A stretch of 63,891 nt of DNA, the filler included, from Vezdaea acicularis (lineage: Eukaryota): assembly GCA_026025075.1 (NCBI GenBank). It is 3 parts of 3 records of this genome, joined end to end, with 100 filler letters (N's around TTAATTAATTAA, not from the genome) between each part and the next. Parts side by side here need not be neighbours in the genome. Positions count along the whole stretch, not along the records: positions 43,173 to 63,891 come from JAPEUI010000195.1; 2 more parts are not named here. One strand, written 5' to 3'. Positions 51,084 through 63,891 of the stretch are shown here, in pieces (the stretch's first letter is position 1; every line of letters starts with the position of its first letter). The translations under genes and the position numbers were made by a program. The notes beneath the pieces are model-generated. The model made no database searches, was not told the DNA's origin, and worked only from the letters and a program-made list of their open reading frames with translations.

Positions 51084-54000
51084 ATGCGTACCTTACACTC
51101 TTTAATATGCATCCTCACCCTTCTCTTAATATGTCTAAACTCGGTGGCCGCAGAGCGGTATGCGGTCGTTCCTCGACAGGACAAACCTCCCACTCCGGCC
51201 CCTGCACCCTCAACTACGGACGCTCCCACAACGACGCAGAACTCCGGCTCGAATACGCCGTCTGCAACGAACACGCCTTCAACTACTTCAGGGAGAAAGT
51301 CAGACAGCGCCTCCGCAACAGCTTCAAACCAGCCGTCAAGTTCGGCCTCTGAGAGTGACTCTCAAAGCGGGTCTCAGACCACATCGGCTACGAGCTCGAC
51401 AGCGTCGTCGATTACCAGCCAAGCCTCGTCAACTCGCACAACTCGAGGCGCGGGCTCCATGGCAACGACTGCTTTGAATGGTCAATCTGCATCGTTGGCG
51501 AATGGTCAGTAATTCATCCCTTATCTGGTTGAAGAAGCACTGATTTGCAAATAGGAACGGCGAATCCGAACCCAAATGCACTCCCCGTCCAGCCTGTAAT
51601 CACTCCCGGTCTCTCTGTGGCCGGAGTCTTGTTGTTGATCCTTGGAGGGGTATACACGTTGATCGGAATCAAGAACAAATGGTATTTCTCCCGATGAGTG
51701 ACTTGACATGCTGAACTCGTATCTGACAAGTTTCAGGCTGCACATATTCCTGTCCACAGCATTCTTGGCTAGCCTAGCAGTTTTTGTAAGTTTTCATGTC
51801 CGCTCCTTGCACTCGAAATCACTGATAGTCAATACAGGTTCTCGTCATATATGTCATGAACCCACCAATCAGCAATGCCGTTCAAGGAGCCTATCTAGTC
51901 GCTGTAGTCATCACGGGCCTTATATTTGGGGCACTGTCGATTGTGTTCACCGAAGTAACAGAAGGACTAGGCTGCTTGCTTGGTGGCTTCTGCCTCGCAA
52001 TGTGGTTCCTCGTCCTTAAGCCTGGCGGGCTGGTACCTAACACTACTGGAAGAATTATCCTCGTTTTAGCGTTTACACTTGGCATTTTCGCATTATCCTT
52101 CACTCATTACACTAGGCCCTACGGTCTCATAGGTGGCATCTCTTTCGCAGGAGCTACGATTGTGATCCTTGGAATCGACTGCTTTAGCCGAGCCGGACTG
52201 AAGGAGTTCTGGCTCTACGTATGGGGTGAGCCGCTTATTTATAACTGCTTGCATCTGATCATACTGACAACAGGACAGACTTGAATGATAATATTTTCCC
52301 CCTGAATACCAACACCTACCCGCATACGCGGGGGATCCGTGTCGAGATTGCTGGTATAGTGCTACTCGCCCTTCTGGGTGTAATCTCACAGATGAAGTTG
52401 TGGAAGATTGTTAAAGAACGACGTGAAAAAAGAGCAGCTGAACGAGCAGTGGGCGAGCGTAATCTGGAGCAAGAAGATGCGGAAGTCGGTCGCCGGGTCG
52501 AGAAGGACAACAATCGAGAACGCGCCGAGTGGGAGGCTGTCTACGGTGACAAAGACAAGGCCGAAGAGTACAAGGCTGATTCTGGGATTGGTGATGAGCC
52601 GGACAGCCCCAAAAAAGATGCCGCAAGCATCGTCGGAACTAGAGAATTGACCGCGTCCCCCGGAGACAACATCGAGATGGCCGAGCTGGGAGCAGTGAAG
52701 CAGTCAGGTCTAGGTGTGAATTCAAAAAGGGGCAGTAGGGGCCAAGATGGGGGTGGGGTTACCATCCGGGTTGCGCGGGATGAGGATGCTATTCGTGAAC
52801 TGGACAAAAAAGGTAATCCGCTACCATACGAGCAGGAGCACCTGTCGCCACGAGCTTCGATACGGAATTCACGCCAAACTATCGCTTCTATCGAGTCGAC
52901 TAGGGCGACGCCTGCTGGAGCAGCTCGCAGTGAGAGTAAAGCAAAGCGAGACTCGGATCGATCGTCTCTCCCACCTCCTCCAGCGCCTTTCACTTTACCA
53001 TTCTCCGTACCTCCTTCGGAGCATGAGAAGGATGGAGATGGATCGTCTATCGCCACCTTTGCCGACTCAGATCATGCTCAGCCAGCGGTGAATACAGCCA
53101 GAAGCTCGAAGCGATTCTCCGACCGATCAGCCTTCAAGAGGTTCTCAAATCGATCTGTCCAAGAATCTAGGCACCTTTCGACGTCGTCAGAGGCGTTGGT
53201 GGTTCCACACCTCGAGGATGATCAAGAATCGTCCGTTGCTGCGACTGTCGACGACTACACCGAGGACGCCGATTCCGATGCTGGACTTGGTTCAAAGAAT
53301 TGGCCCCTTCCACCCAAGATAGGGGAGATTGCCGGACTGGATGTTCCAACACCAACCTCACAAAGATTTTCGAATCTATCATCTTTCGATGGACAGGACT
53401 CGAAAGAGCAGTCGACTCGGCCAACCTCAATGACAATTGGCGGCGGTGAGCTCAAGGAGCGAGAGGTGACGGAGACACCAAGACTGCCAGCCTCCATCAT
53501 CAATTTCAAGGACGCAGGAATTGCCGAACCTAGCGCTGGTGTGTCTCGAGCTGGTTCCAAGAAGTCCAGAGCTGTATCGCTCACACAGAGCACCATCCCA
53601 GACACATGGTTCAAGAGCAAGAAGAGTTTAAAGGACGGCGAGAAGCAGGACAATGAAGCCGTAGATTCTACGCTTCAAACATTGCCAGTCGAAGCACTGC
53701 GACGGGAGAAGTCTTCGAAATCACTCAAGTCCGCCGCAGCGTCAGAAACCGGCAAGTCTCGGCATTCGAGGCAGTCGTTTGCTGAAAGTCTGAATGAGCA
53801 ATTCCCGGCGCGACTCTCGAAGGTAGTGATGACCTATCGGACGAACGAGTGGGCTAAGCATCTCGGACATGCCGAGAAGCCAGAAGTCGAAGAGCTCCAG
53901 GTGGCCGATTCGCCCGCGGAATCTGATCACGATGACAAGGATAGAGAGGTCGCTGCACCCGTGATCATCGAGCAGCTCCAACAAACCGCCGACAACGCCC

Positions 54001-55091
54001 TGCCTCCGCCCGCACCTCCCAGCATTTCTCAGATGTCCGGATATAGCGCGAACACGGCCCCACCCCAATTGGTCCGTTCCGAGTCCAATCTGTCAAAGAC
54101 GTCAAAACAGATACAACAGAACAATCGGTTTTCAGCAGCCAATGGCTTCTACAACCAGCCACCTCTTTCACGCTCCGCTTCGCAGATTTCCATCTCTCAT
54201 CCCAATGAGTCTCTGACGAATCTACACCACTCCGCTTCGATGCCTCTCCCTGCCCAACCGCCGCCAGTGTCCACCCGCGGCTTCAGGTCCAGCTCCACGC
54301 AACTACTCAATCAGACTGTCGTCGAATCTCCCATCGAAGACATCGACCCGGATGACGTTCCGCTAGCCCATCCGTACTCGCGAAGCGGCAGCCTCTCCCG
54401 CCTCTCCACCACATCACTCCCACAGAACACGCTCATGAGCCGCCGCGACACCCTCATCCGCAACAAGTATATCTCTGGCAACCTCGGCAGCATCCTCCCC
54501 ACACAGCACGAGAACCCCTTTCTCACCGCCTCCCCCGCCCCCGGCTCAGCCCGCAGTTCCGTCATCGGCGTCGGCGACTCGGCAAGCGCATACCAGTCCC
54601 GCATGGGCCTGCTCGGTGCCGTCGCCTCCGACGACGACCTCCCCCTCTCCCAGCGCAAAGAGCTGATCCGCGCCGCCTCCAACGCCGGCGGCTCCTCCTC
54701 CTCTCCACACCTCCCCCTCTCCCTCTCCCCCTCAGCCTCCACCTCCCTCCTCGGCACCACCACCGCCGCCTCTCGGCCCGCAAGCACCCTTCCCCACCAC
54801 ATCTCTCACCTCCCCACCCCCTCCGACCGCGCCGCCCAACTCGCCTCCTTCCGCGCCAGCATCGCCCAAGACCTCGCCAGCTCCGTGCAACCTAAAGTCC
54901 TCGTCGAGAACCGCCGCGAAGAAATGATCCTCGAGCGTCGCCGCGAAGAGGAAGTGCGCCGTCGTCGCGAGGCCGAGAAAGGCGCGATGGAGGGCTTTAT
55001 GGAAGATCGCATGCGCAGGGAAGGCGGCTGGGGCGATGCTCATAGAGAGGTTATTCGTCGCATGCAGGGACAGGCGGACCAGAAGGTTTAG
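51084..55091 (+). CDS. DUF4203 (TM7S3/TM198-like) multi-pass membrane protein with a long disordered C-terminus
   Basis: Signal peptide, Ser/Thr-rich ectodomain and TM block (EVTEGLGCLLGGFCLAMWFL, GIDCFSRAGLKEFW); later YRTNEWAKHL. Confidence 0.85.
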
Positions 55092-55863
55092 TGCGTGTGG
55101 CCTGTTATTCTTTGCGCGGTGCTGTGCTGCGCCGCAAGGCCTTTTGCGCGGTTTGCTTTTGAGGGTTAGGGGGTTGCTATCTAGCATATATATGGGCACG
55201 GATAGGCTTTGGGCTGTGGCATGGCATAGCATGGCATTGCGTGGGGATATGGGCTAGCTTCGGTCTGGTGCAACATAGGGGGTTTTCTAGCTATTGATAC
55301 TCTTGCTATCGCTACTACTATTACAACATCAATATCGTTCGCACAAACCACGCTACCCATCTCGCTTCTTTAGTCGAAGATGCATCCCTTGCGGGAAGAG
55401 CTAGAGTTTGATCGTCTTCTCCCCTTGGCTGTGAATGAAACCTCCACATTTCACGGCTTGGGATTATGATGCTAGGGAGTGGATGTAGATATGATATGCT
55501 TGCATTTGAAAGTATAGATGCAATCGCGCGTAAACACGCCCCCCCCCCCGGCTCGCTCGCTCGCTCACATCGATAAATGAACGCGCCGGCAATGCAGTCA
55601 ACCCTCCCCGTTCTCCGCCCTCTTCACGCCCTTAGCCCCCCTACATCACTTCCTTAGCACCTTCTACCTAGCGACGAGGACCGCATCCCCCACCACGCCG
55701 CACGGGTCCTCTGAACGCGCACGGAGCCAGGGCAGAAGGGAGGAGGGAGGGGGTTAAGTAGCTCCAACCCTAGACTGGGAGAGAGCAGTGTTGCTATCAG
55801 GAGCGTATTAGGGGCCGCCGCGGAGGGGTGTGATTATTATCTTGCAGGTTCGGTGGAGCAGGT

Positions 55864-58800
55864 TCAGAGGATGGAGTCAGGGGGCGGACTCGCAGGCGGC
55901 GACATCCTACTCCCCCTCTCTTCCGCACCCAAAACCAGCTTAGTATTTACCGCCGCGCTCGCATCCTCGCCGTCCGCATCGGTGCCGGAGTCCACATATG
56001 CCGCCGCCGTCGCCACCTCCTCGCTCCTTGCTCTGCGATGCACAGGTCCAGTCCCAGCTCTAAACCAGCTTCTCTGCCTACCCGCTCCACCAGCGGCGAC
56101 GGGGTCAGGCCCAGCACTCGAGCTCGGGCGCGTGGAGGCGGGACTCGCGAGGGGAGGAGAGTCCCAGTAAGACCGTGAGCGCTCGAAGAAGTGATGCACG
56201 ATTGGTATATCGACATACGCCCTGCCTTCTGTCCTTGTGCGTCCCGGGAGCGGTACAGATAGGGCAGAGCCAGGAGCACCGCTTACATGCACGCTGGTGG
56301 CGGCAGGGGTAGGGCTAGTGGTGGTGGTTGTATGAGAGCGCGAAAAGAGGATGAGAGCGAGACAGAGCAGGAGCAGAAGGAACTGGATGACGGAGATCCG
56401 TTTCTGGAAGAGGGAGTCGTCGGCCAGCATGGAGAGTCTGTTTGAGAAGGCGAGGAGTTCGCGCGCGGAAGATTCGCGCTGGGTTTCGAGTTCTAGGATG
56501 GTGCTTTGCCAGAGTTGGTCGTATTGTTCGCGCTACATGAAAAGGTATCGTCAATTATGGTTTTCTTTACTTCTTCATGGAAAGAGAGATGGGAGGATCG
56601 GGACGAGGATGGGGGAGGAGAGGGGAATGGGAACGTACGAATCCGCCCAACTCGGCTAGCACGGTACCATTGAGATACTCTAAAAACGTCGCCGTCTTAG
56701 CCAGCTGCTTCTTCTCGACTTTCACGAAGGCGTCGCGGAGGATGCGTGATTGCTCTTCGATGTATTGTAGGGAGAGGGTGGAGTTCGCTTCGAGCAGTTG
56801 GAGGCGCTTGTGGATTTGCTTGAAGAAGCTTTCTTGCGTGGTCGGGTTGGCGGGAGGGGGGTGGGTTGCGGAGGTGGGGGGTTTGGAGGAGGCGGTGGAT
56901 GGGGTGGAAGGGGGGGAGGGTAGTTTGGTGGAGGAAGAGGAGGTGGTGGTGGTGTTTGTAATGGTGGAGGTGGAGGAGGAAGACGGGGAAGAGGGACCGG
57001 AGGAGGCGGACAAAGGAGAAGTGGAAGAGGAAGAGGAAGAAATGGAGGCGGATGGCAAGGGGGTTTGCTGATTCGAGGGAGAGGGGGAGGAGATTTTTTT
57101 GTCGGAAGAGGTGGAAGAAGTTTGTTTGGCGTCAGAAGAGGGCGAGGAAGTCGCTTTGTCGTGGGAAGCAGGTCCATTCACCTCCTCTCCCGGACCATCC
57201 AGCGCACCTTCATCCGCAGCTACAGACTGACCCCCCCTCCCCCTCTCGTCCGTGGTAGGAACCTTAACATCCCCAGTCTCGCTCGTCGACGCTGTCGTCG
57301 ACACTGACGCGTTTGCACTCTTTTGCGCAGCAGACTCAGGAGCTGCCATCGTTGCATTTCCAATCACCGACTCCAGCAGCGGCCCCGTAGGATCCGCTGT
57401 ATCGCCAGCGCTGTCCCCATGCGGCAAGCAGACCGGCCTGTCGGACGAGAACAGGACGTGCTCTAGCTCGCGCACTGTCTTCTGCGTGAGCGGTGTGAGT
57501 GCTGGTGACGAGGGCTTACTGTCGGGTGCCCCCGAGTTTGCAACTGCGGAGGGCGCAGAGTCCGCCGACGCAGGCTCCGGTGCGGCCTCCTCCTTAGCTT
57601 CAGAGGCCCTTGCAGCGGCTTCAGCTTCCTTCTTCACGTCCTCCGCGACAGCCTCGGGGACCATCGCCTCCGCACTGCCTGGCGCCGGCTCCGCACTCTC
57701 CCGCTCGTCCTCGTCCCCGTCTCCCCTCGTCGCCTCCTCCTCCTGATGTCGAAACTCCTCCATCATAGTCGTACCGTGCACCCTGAGCAAGCTGAGAGGA
57801 CAGTAATACTCATTCCCGTAATGAGTGAGGAGCTCGACTCTCAAATAACGTGCCCAGATGAGGGGATTCTCGATACGAAAGGGCTGCACGGCACGCGTAT
57901 TCCTCGCCTCAAACACGCCCAACTCCTTCCAGCGATCAGCCTTGACGGGATAGCGGTCGGACACGGAAAGGCGAAAGGAGCGGAACATGGAGCTGAAGAA
58001 CTCGAAGTTGGCGAGGACGACGGTGTCGACGAGGATGTCGTTGCAGAGCTCGACGACGACGAACTTGGTCTCTGCCGCGCACTCGTTCAGCATGTAGCTG
58101 TCCTTGTTCTCCACCAGAATCGCCGAGGCGGCTTTGCTCTCGGCGTTCGTCTTGAGGACTGTCGCGGCGCAGTCGAAGGACGCGTAGTTGAACCGCTCGA
58201 GGCAGGTCATGCCCGCGTCTTTGCTGCTCGCGCGTACGTACGGGGGGTCTTCTCTGGATATCACGGTCGGGTCGGAGCCCTCTGCGCGGCCCTCTCTATC
58301 TGTCTGGGCGGTGGCGCGGGATCTTGTGGCACCGTCGCCATCTGCTTTCCCTCCGCGAGAGCTGGACGGGCGTACGAACTGGGCAAAGTCTAGTTCGAGC
58401 TCGCCGTCTTCTCCGAGGCTGTCAAGAGCGTTGTTGATGCCTCCCGGTCTGCGTCTCGTGTCGCCGCCTGTATTAGGTCTTCTCTCTACGAGACTGTCGA
58501 GGTTCTGGCCCGCTTTGGCTAGATTCTGCTTCTTCCACTCTTCGAAGGATAGGAAGTTGGCATTGTCCAGTGGCGAGTCGGAGTCGGGCTCCGCTTCAGG
58601 CTCTGGCACGCCATCCACAATTGAGTGTTCCGTAGCGGAGACCGTAGCAGTAGAGCTTGCTATCGTAGACGTCTCCTCTTGCCCAAGTCCCGTCTCCATC
58701 GAAGTGATCGACGCCGTAACCGTTCCATTCAGGGCCCCATCCTCTATTGCCCTCCCACCCGTCCCCTCCGAACTCCGCGCTGCCTCTCCTGTCCTCGTAG

Positions 58801-59095
58801 CCCCCCTCCCCTCCCCATCATCCAGCCCAGCACTCTTCTCCGGCCTCCCCAGCACACTCCGATCAGTCCTCAGACACTGCTGCGGCAGCGCATGGGTGAT
58901 CCAATTGATCGTCCTGGACTCACACTCCGACGGCGCCAGCACGAGCGGTACGGGACTGCTTGAGGAGAGCGGGGTCACCGCGGTAGACCCGCCGCGCAAG
59001 AAGAGGCCGAGGAAGAGAAGGGTTGTTGTTGCGAGGGCTGGGAAGCTCCGGAAACGAGGCATCTTGTATGCATGTCGAAGTATAGCGCCATTCAC
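55864..59095 (-). CDS. SLP1: Mid-SUN domain protein (Slp1/SUCO family)
   Basis: FLSFEEWK, RFNYASFDCAATV, LANFEFFSS, YCPLSLLRVHG and LEANSTLSLQYIEEQS motifs; C-terminal TM; intron at about 56534-56637. Confidence 0.92.
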
Positions 59096-59582
59096 TAGAT
59101 GAGGGGAGCGGCGTGGAAGGTTCGCGGTTGGTGTGGACTGCGTGTTGACTGACGCCTTGGAGTGGAGGAGTGGGAAGGTTTCGAGAGAGGTGTTATGAGG
59201 GCAAAGAATGTCGGGTGAGGTTCGACGTTCATTGTGAAGGGAACTTTTAGCCGAGGTCGCTCGCGATCATCCGTAACCCAGCTCTAACGGAGGCACAGTC
59301 ACAATACCACCAAATAACCAAAAGATCTCATCATGGTGAAGTTTCACACCTGTGCTATCAAGCCTAATGATACGGCATGGCTATCCTGTCCTATCTAGCT
59401 CCTCCCCTTCCACGCCCTAAAAAATAAACACCCACCCCCCTTTTCCCTTCCAAAAACCCCCGCACGACCCAACATATTCCCTGATAAACGCCACAATGCC
59501 AAAACACCCCTTCCCCCTTTCCCCAATTTACCCCACCTTCCTCCCATTTTTCCTTCCCGAAGAGAGACTCGCGAATGATGCA

Positions 59583-62452
59583 TCACATAACGCGACACTC
59601 CCGATCCGGCCCCCTTCCCCTCTCCAAGCGCACCCCCCTCGTCTTGCTCTTCTCCCGCTCCTTGCGCTTCTCCTTCTTGATCTTGCCCTTCGCACCCTCC
59701 GGCATCGGCGGCGGTAGCTGATGATGACTTTCCACCTCCTCGATACGTACACTCGGCTGGTCCAGCATATCAAACCCCACCTCGTCATTTGCAGCCAGCT
59801 TATCCCTGCTGCGGCCGGTAATGCGCGATAGCGTAAGGCTTAGCCGGTTTTCGCCGCTCTGGCTGGTAGGGCGGCTGGTGGGTCTGGATTTGCTGCCGCC
59901 TCGGCCGCGCTTTGAGGTTTTGCGTGAAAGGCCGCTCGCGTCGTCGGGGAGGGCGGGTTTGTCGGGTTCTCGTAGAGAGGCGGTGGAGGAAGACTGGTCG
60001 AGCTTGAGGGAGCTTGGGGCTTCGGATAGAGAAACGGTGGTGGCGCTGTCGACGGTGCCTCTGCTCGGAAGGATCTGGGCGTCTGCGCGTGAAAATTCGG
60101 AGCTCGTCCCTTCAGAGATGTCGACGGCGGAGTCGTTGGCTCGGTCATGTACACTTGTATCTCTATCTAGTTTGGGGATCGAGACGCTCGAGTCGGTGTA
60201 GGCGGGTGGCGCGTCTCCGAATATGGTGTCTGGTGGTGTTTCGTCGATCGGTCGGACCTGGTAGAATAGGAGATACGGCATCTCTTCTCTCAGGGCCTTC
60301 TTGATGTCAACGGTGGAGACGCGTGGGTTAGCAAGGTCATCCAGCTTCAGCCATGTGCCGAGCTCCTCATCTAATTGCGCGTCGCCGGCAGTGGCGTTAG
60401 CAGACGAAACTTTACTCCGAACCAGTGCAATGTAGTGACCACTATTCACCGAGGTACCGCGGTGGCACACGACCGATTGAAGTGAAAGCTTAAAGTTGCC
60501 GAATAGCGGGCCGTCGTCTTCCATCTTGTCGTCTTGTATGAAATGAGGGAGTCCGATTTCCACAGGAATGTCTACGAAAGTCTCAAGCCGTTGGGCTCGA
60601 CCTCTCGAGTCCATTTTGTAGCGTTTTAGACAGAGGCCAACGACGGGCCTTGTCGTGGAGAAGTGAGCCGCAACCTGTGCATCGTTTGTCGGAGAATGAT
60701 CCGTGTACCAGGCTAGATTCAAGTTAGCTGGACGCTATCACAAGAACTTTTTTGTCCTAAAAAAGGGACAGCGGGGCATACGTATAAGACTGAAGAATTG
60801 CCAAGCGGGCATTTCAACCTCCCGCCTGGTCGACGACCTTCTCCGGGTTCCCTCTCGGTACTTTGGAGGCTGTGAGCCTTCGGCTTCTTCCGGTATCGGG
60901 ACCTCCTTTATGATACTAGACGCTCGATCTCTCCCCTCAACCACGGGAGTTACCGGGACTGGACTGTGAGACAGGTGTGATCCCGGCGTAGACGGGCGTG
61001 ATCCCAGATCCGACGTTTCGATGTGCGCAAAACCCCCTTTCTCTCCAAGGAAAGGCCTCCCGGCGCTTATCGATGTGAGAGTGGCCCTCCGCTCGGCCTC
61101 TCGCTCCCGTTTCACTTGGACCTTGTTATTGAAGTATGTCTCTAAGCAGTCCTCTAGTGTTATAACCTTGCCATCGCTTGGCGTTTCCGGGATAGCAACC
61201 TCCAGAAGCCGCTCATTGACAAATCTATGATCTCCTTCTGGGTCGTCTTTGCCGTAGTGAAAGATATCCATTTTGAGTGTGAGAAGTGGCAGCTCAAGCT
61301 TTCCGGTGATGAAGGAGAACGCTTCAGACGCGTCCTGCTGATTCAGCCGGGCTGCTTCTTTCCAGCCGCATTCCGCGAGAGCTTCCTGGAGATGTTTTGT
61401 CTAACGGAGTCGGACTTTGTGAGCTTAGATATTACGATTTAGAGAGAGATCATGCGAACTGAAATCTGGGCTTACGATGTCCTCTGTAATCAGCTTCCCC
61501 GTACGCAGCATATTTACCCATAGTCGTATCAGCAGAGAGAGCCTCTTCCGTGGCTCATCGGGGAAACTAGGATATAGTATAGCTTCAAAACTGCCCAGCC
61601 TCGCGAACATAGCAAACAGCACGGCATCAAGGTAGCAGGTGACGCCCTTTCTGTTGACGGAGCCCAACAGCTTCACAGTAGGATCAGGCTCCTTGATCAG
61701 CCCGTCCAACGAATCTTGAAAGAGCATCAAGAGTTTGTAGGCTTTGTCGGGGTCGCCTTTCGAGAAGTCGGCCTTGAGTGCATATTCTAGCTGGGGGTCT
61801 TTCAGGTTGGTGATGCCGATCTGACTCAATCGATTTGCCAGTGCTTTGATCTGAGAAAGAAACAGCCCAACACCGTCAGCACTTGAGCCCCAAAGAGGAA
61901 GAACGGCGGGGTGGTTGTGGGGGTGGGGCGCCCCACCTTCTTCTCCTGCTCCTTCTCCGACGACTTCTTCCTGCCATCCGACTCATGCGTGAACAAGCCA
62001 TGGAGATCACCGGCGGTGGAGGCAGGCTGCAATAAACCATCGAGGGCCCAAGAGTTAGCAGTCGTGGTCTGCACAACGCAGGTGGTGGGACAGAGGGAGG
62101 GAGAACGCTTGGCCTTCGGATTGGAAAAAGCATTGGAGAGGGAAGAGACAGAAGAGGAGGAGTAGTGATAGTAGGAGGAGGAGGCATAGGAGAAGGGTGT
62201 GGCAACACCAGACAACGAGGTGGATGAAGAGGCAGAATACGATGTTTCTGAAGGTGTAGCACCCGCCGCCGCCAACGCCGCCATGGCAGCAGTAGCAGTA
62301 GCAGTAGCAGTAGCGGCCATGGTGGACAGGAATGGTGATGGCGGTGGTGACATTACTTTTTGCCCATGGCCGCCCTCGCCAGCGATGCTCGCATCCAGCT
62401 GCTTGTCCGCATGCTTGTCGCGGCGCGACAAGAACCGGTGAACGCCGCTCAT
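59583..62452 (-). CDS. Ubiquitin-specific protease, CYLD-like fungal family
   Basis: Cys box NRKGVTCYLDAVLFAMF, QQDASEAF and His box VVCHRGTSVNSGHY; several introns. Confidence 0.9.
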
Positions 62453-63891
62453 GCCGACGCGCGCCTTTCTTGCACCCGGCTTGACGACTGAAGAAGCTCA
62501 GGGAGGGACTCGACGATGCGGTCTTTTGCGTACGGAAATATCGGCGGCGAGCGTTGGGGCAGTAGGGGCATCTGGCTACTGCGTGGGAGGAGGGCGCCTG
62601 TTCATAGTGGGGGTCGGAAGCTTAATGTGAAGGTGCGTAGATACGTAGCAAATAGACCGCGAAGGAGGTGAGGTGGAAGAAGGAGAAATAGGCACGGACG
62701 AAGCGGAGCAAACACAAAAGAGGTGCCAGCAAGCAACAGAGCTGGTGATCTGTACCAAACAACCCAACGTGAAGTATCTACGAGGGGGAGAACCACTTCT
62801 CAGCTACCATAGGCGAACGCAAAGTAGCAACGCGGCTCCTCGCGCTTGCTCTGGCGAAGAGTTAGTCTTCGCTGGAGAAGGTGGCATCCATCCATCCATC
62901 CATCCCAAGCGAAGCCTCGCCCGCCATTCAATCCACCCCGCTTAAGATCTTCCTCCGCAAGGCCATCTCTCCTATGCAACCAATCAGCTTTTTTCCCCGC
63001 CGGAAGAGGATTTAGGCTCTGGCGTCGAAGTCAACCGCGAGCCGGGGTTAAGCGAGAGACTTAAAAGCGCGCCCGGGGGGGGGGCTGTATCAGACCAGAC
63101 CAGATCAGCGTGAGGGTAGGGATTATATTGATCGAACTGCATAGTTCCTTGACACAGGATGGATTCCCGCAATGGACATGGACATGTCGCGTGTATGAGA
63201 AAGATCCGTTCAGACGACTATCCTGAGCCAAGCTTCTACCACCACTTGAAGGGGGGGATAGGCGAGAAAGGAGAAAGCCGTGTACTGTACACGACATACA
63301 GCAAACCAACCCCCCCAACCCCTCACCGGCAGAACCAAAAATGCAGCAACCCCAGACCGAGCGCTCGATAGCCCTGCTTCCTGCTATATCTGATTCGTGA
63401 GGCTCTACCCTCCTTTCGATCAGATCGTTGCTTGCTCGCGTACCTGTATGTGGTGCTCTCGCCCTACCTCGTCCCTTGGCTCACCGGCTGTGCGCTCGAT
63501 GTGGCGCGGCTTCGTGCTCATTGCGCGGGGTATGGGGCGGCGTTGGTGATGCTTGGGGGTGAGTTGGAAGTATGAGTGAGTCGGAAAGGGTGGGTGGGTG
63601 GGTATCTGGATGTGGTTTTGTGGGAGGGGGGGGGGGGGGGGGGGGGTGGGCGAGGGGAGGGAAGTTTCAAAGGTTGGGGTGAGGAAGGAGAAAAGATTCC
63701 GTCAGAATGTGAGAACATGGGAAACCTTTTTCACCACCGGAAATCTGCCTTACGCACGAAAGTGTATATGCAAAACGGCCCCTCGAATTTTTTGATCCAC
63801 ATCTCTACGCTACTCTATGCTAGTCAGAACCAGAAGAAGAGAAAGAAAAAGGGGCGCCGATTCGCGCCATCCAAGAATCCGTCCCGAGTTT

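Noticed and set aside
59583..62452. Assignment of the USP as CreB
   Set aside because: The Cys box TCYLDAVLFAMF is CYLD-like rather than the USP12/46-type box of CreB.
63626..63646. Poly-G run
   Set aside because: Simple homopolymer in the upstream region; nothing else supports a function.

Overview
Intron-rich genomic DNA from a filamentous ascomycete (Pezizomycotina-type GT..AG introns with CTRAC branch points). It consists of three contigs joined by artificial N44-TTAATTAATTAA-N44 linkers at 21764-21863 and 43073-43172, so adjacency across those points is not evidence. Most of the window is core genes: CE4 polysaccharide deacetylase, a glyoxalase-like Ser/Pro-rich protein, MSS4, histone H1, FEN1, UGGT, a GAP1-like amino acid permease, RPL36, a TUG/UBX protein, PUP3, a SERCA Ca-ATPase, STE3, RIM1, a DUF4203 membrane protein, SLP1 and a CYLD-like deubiquitinase. 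An accessory block at about 21.9-27.1 kb holds an NLR-type TPR C-terminus, a CorA-like-domain protein and gene relics. The most unusual signal is about 1 kb of apparently non-coding DNA at 20780-21763, convergent with UGGT. On the minus strand it has at least five long, mutually crossing complementary helices plus local junctions, supported by strand-specific G-U pairs. It is a candidate large pseudoknotted RNA: telomerase-RNA-like, a splicing-regulatory structure, or a new family. All helices were found by eye, and exon boundaries are manual and approximate.
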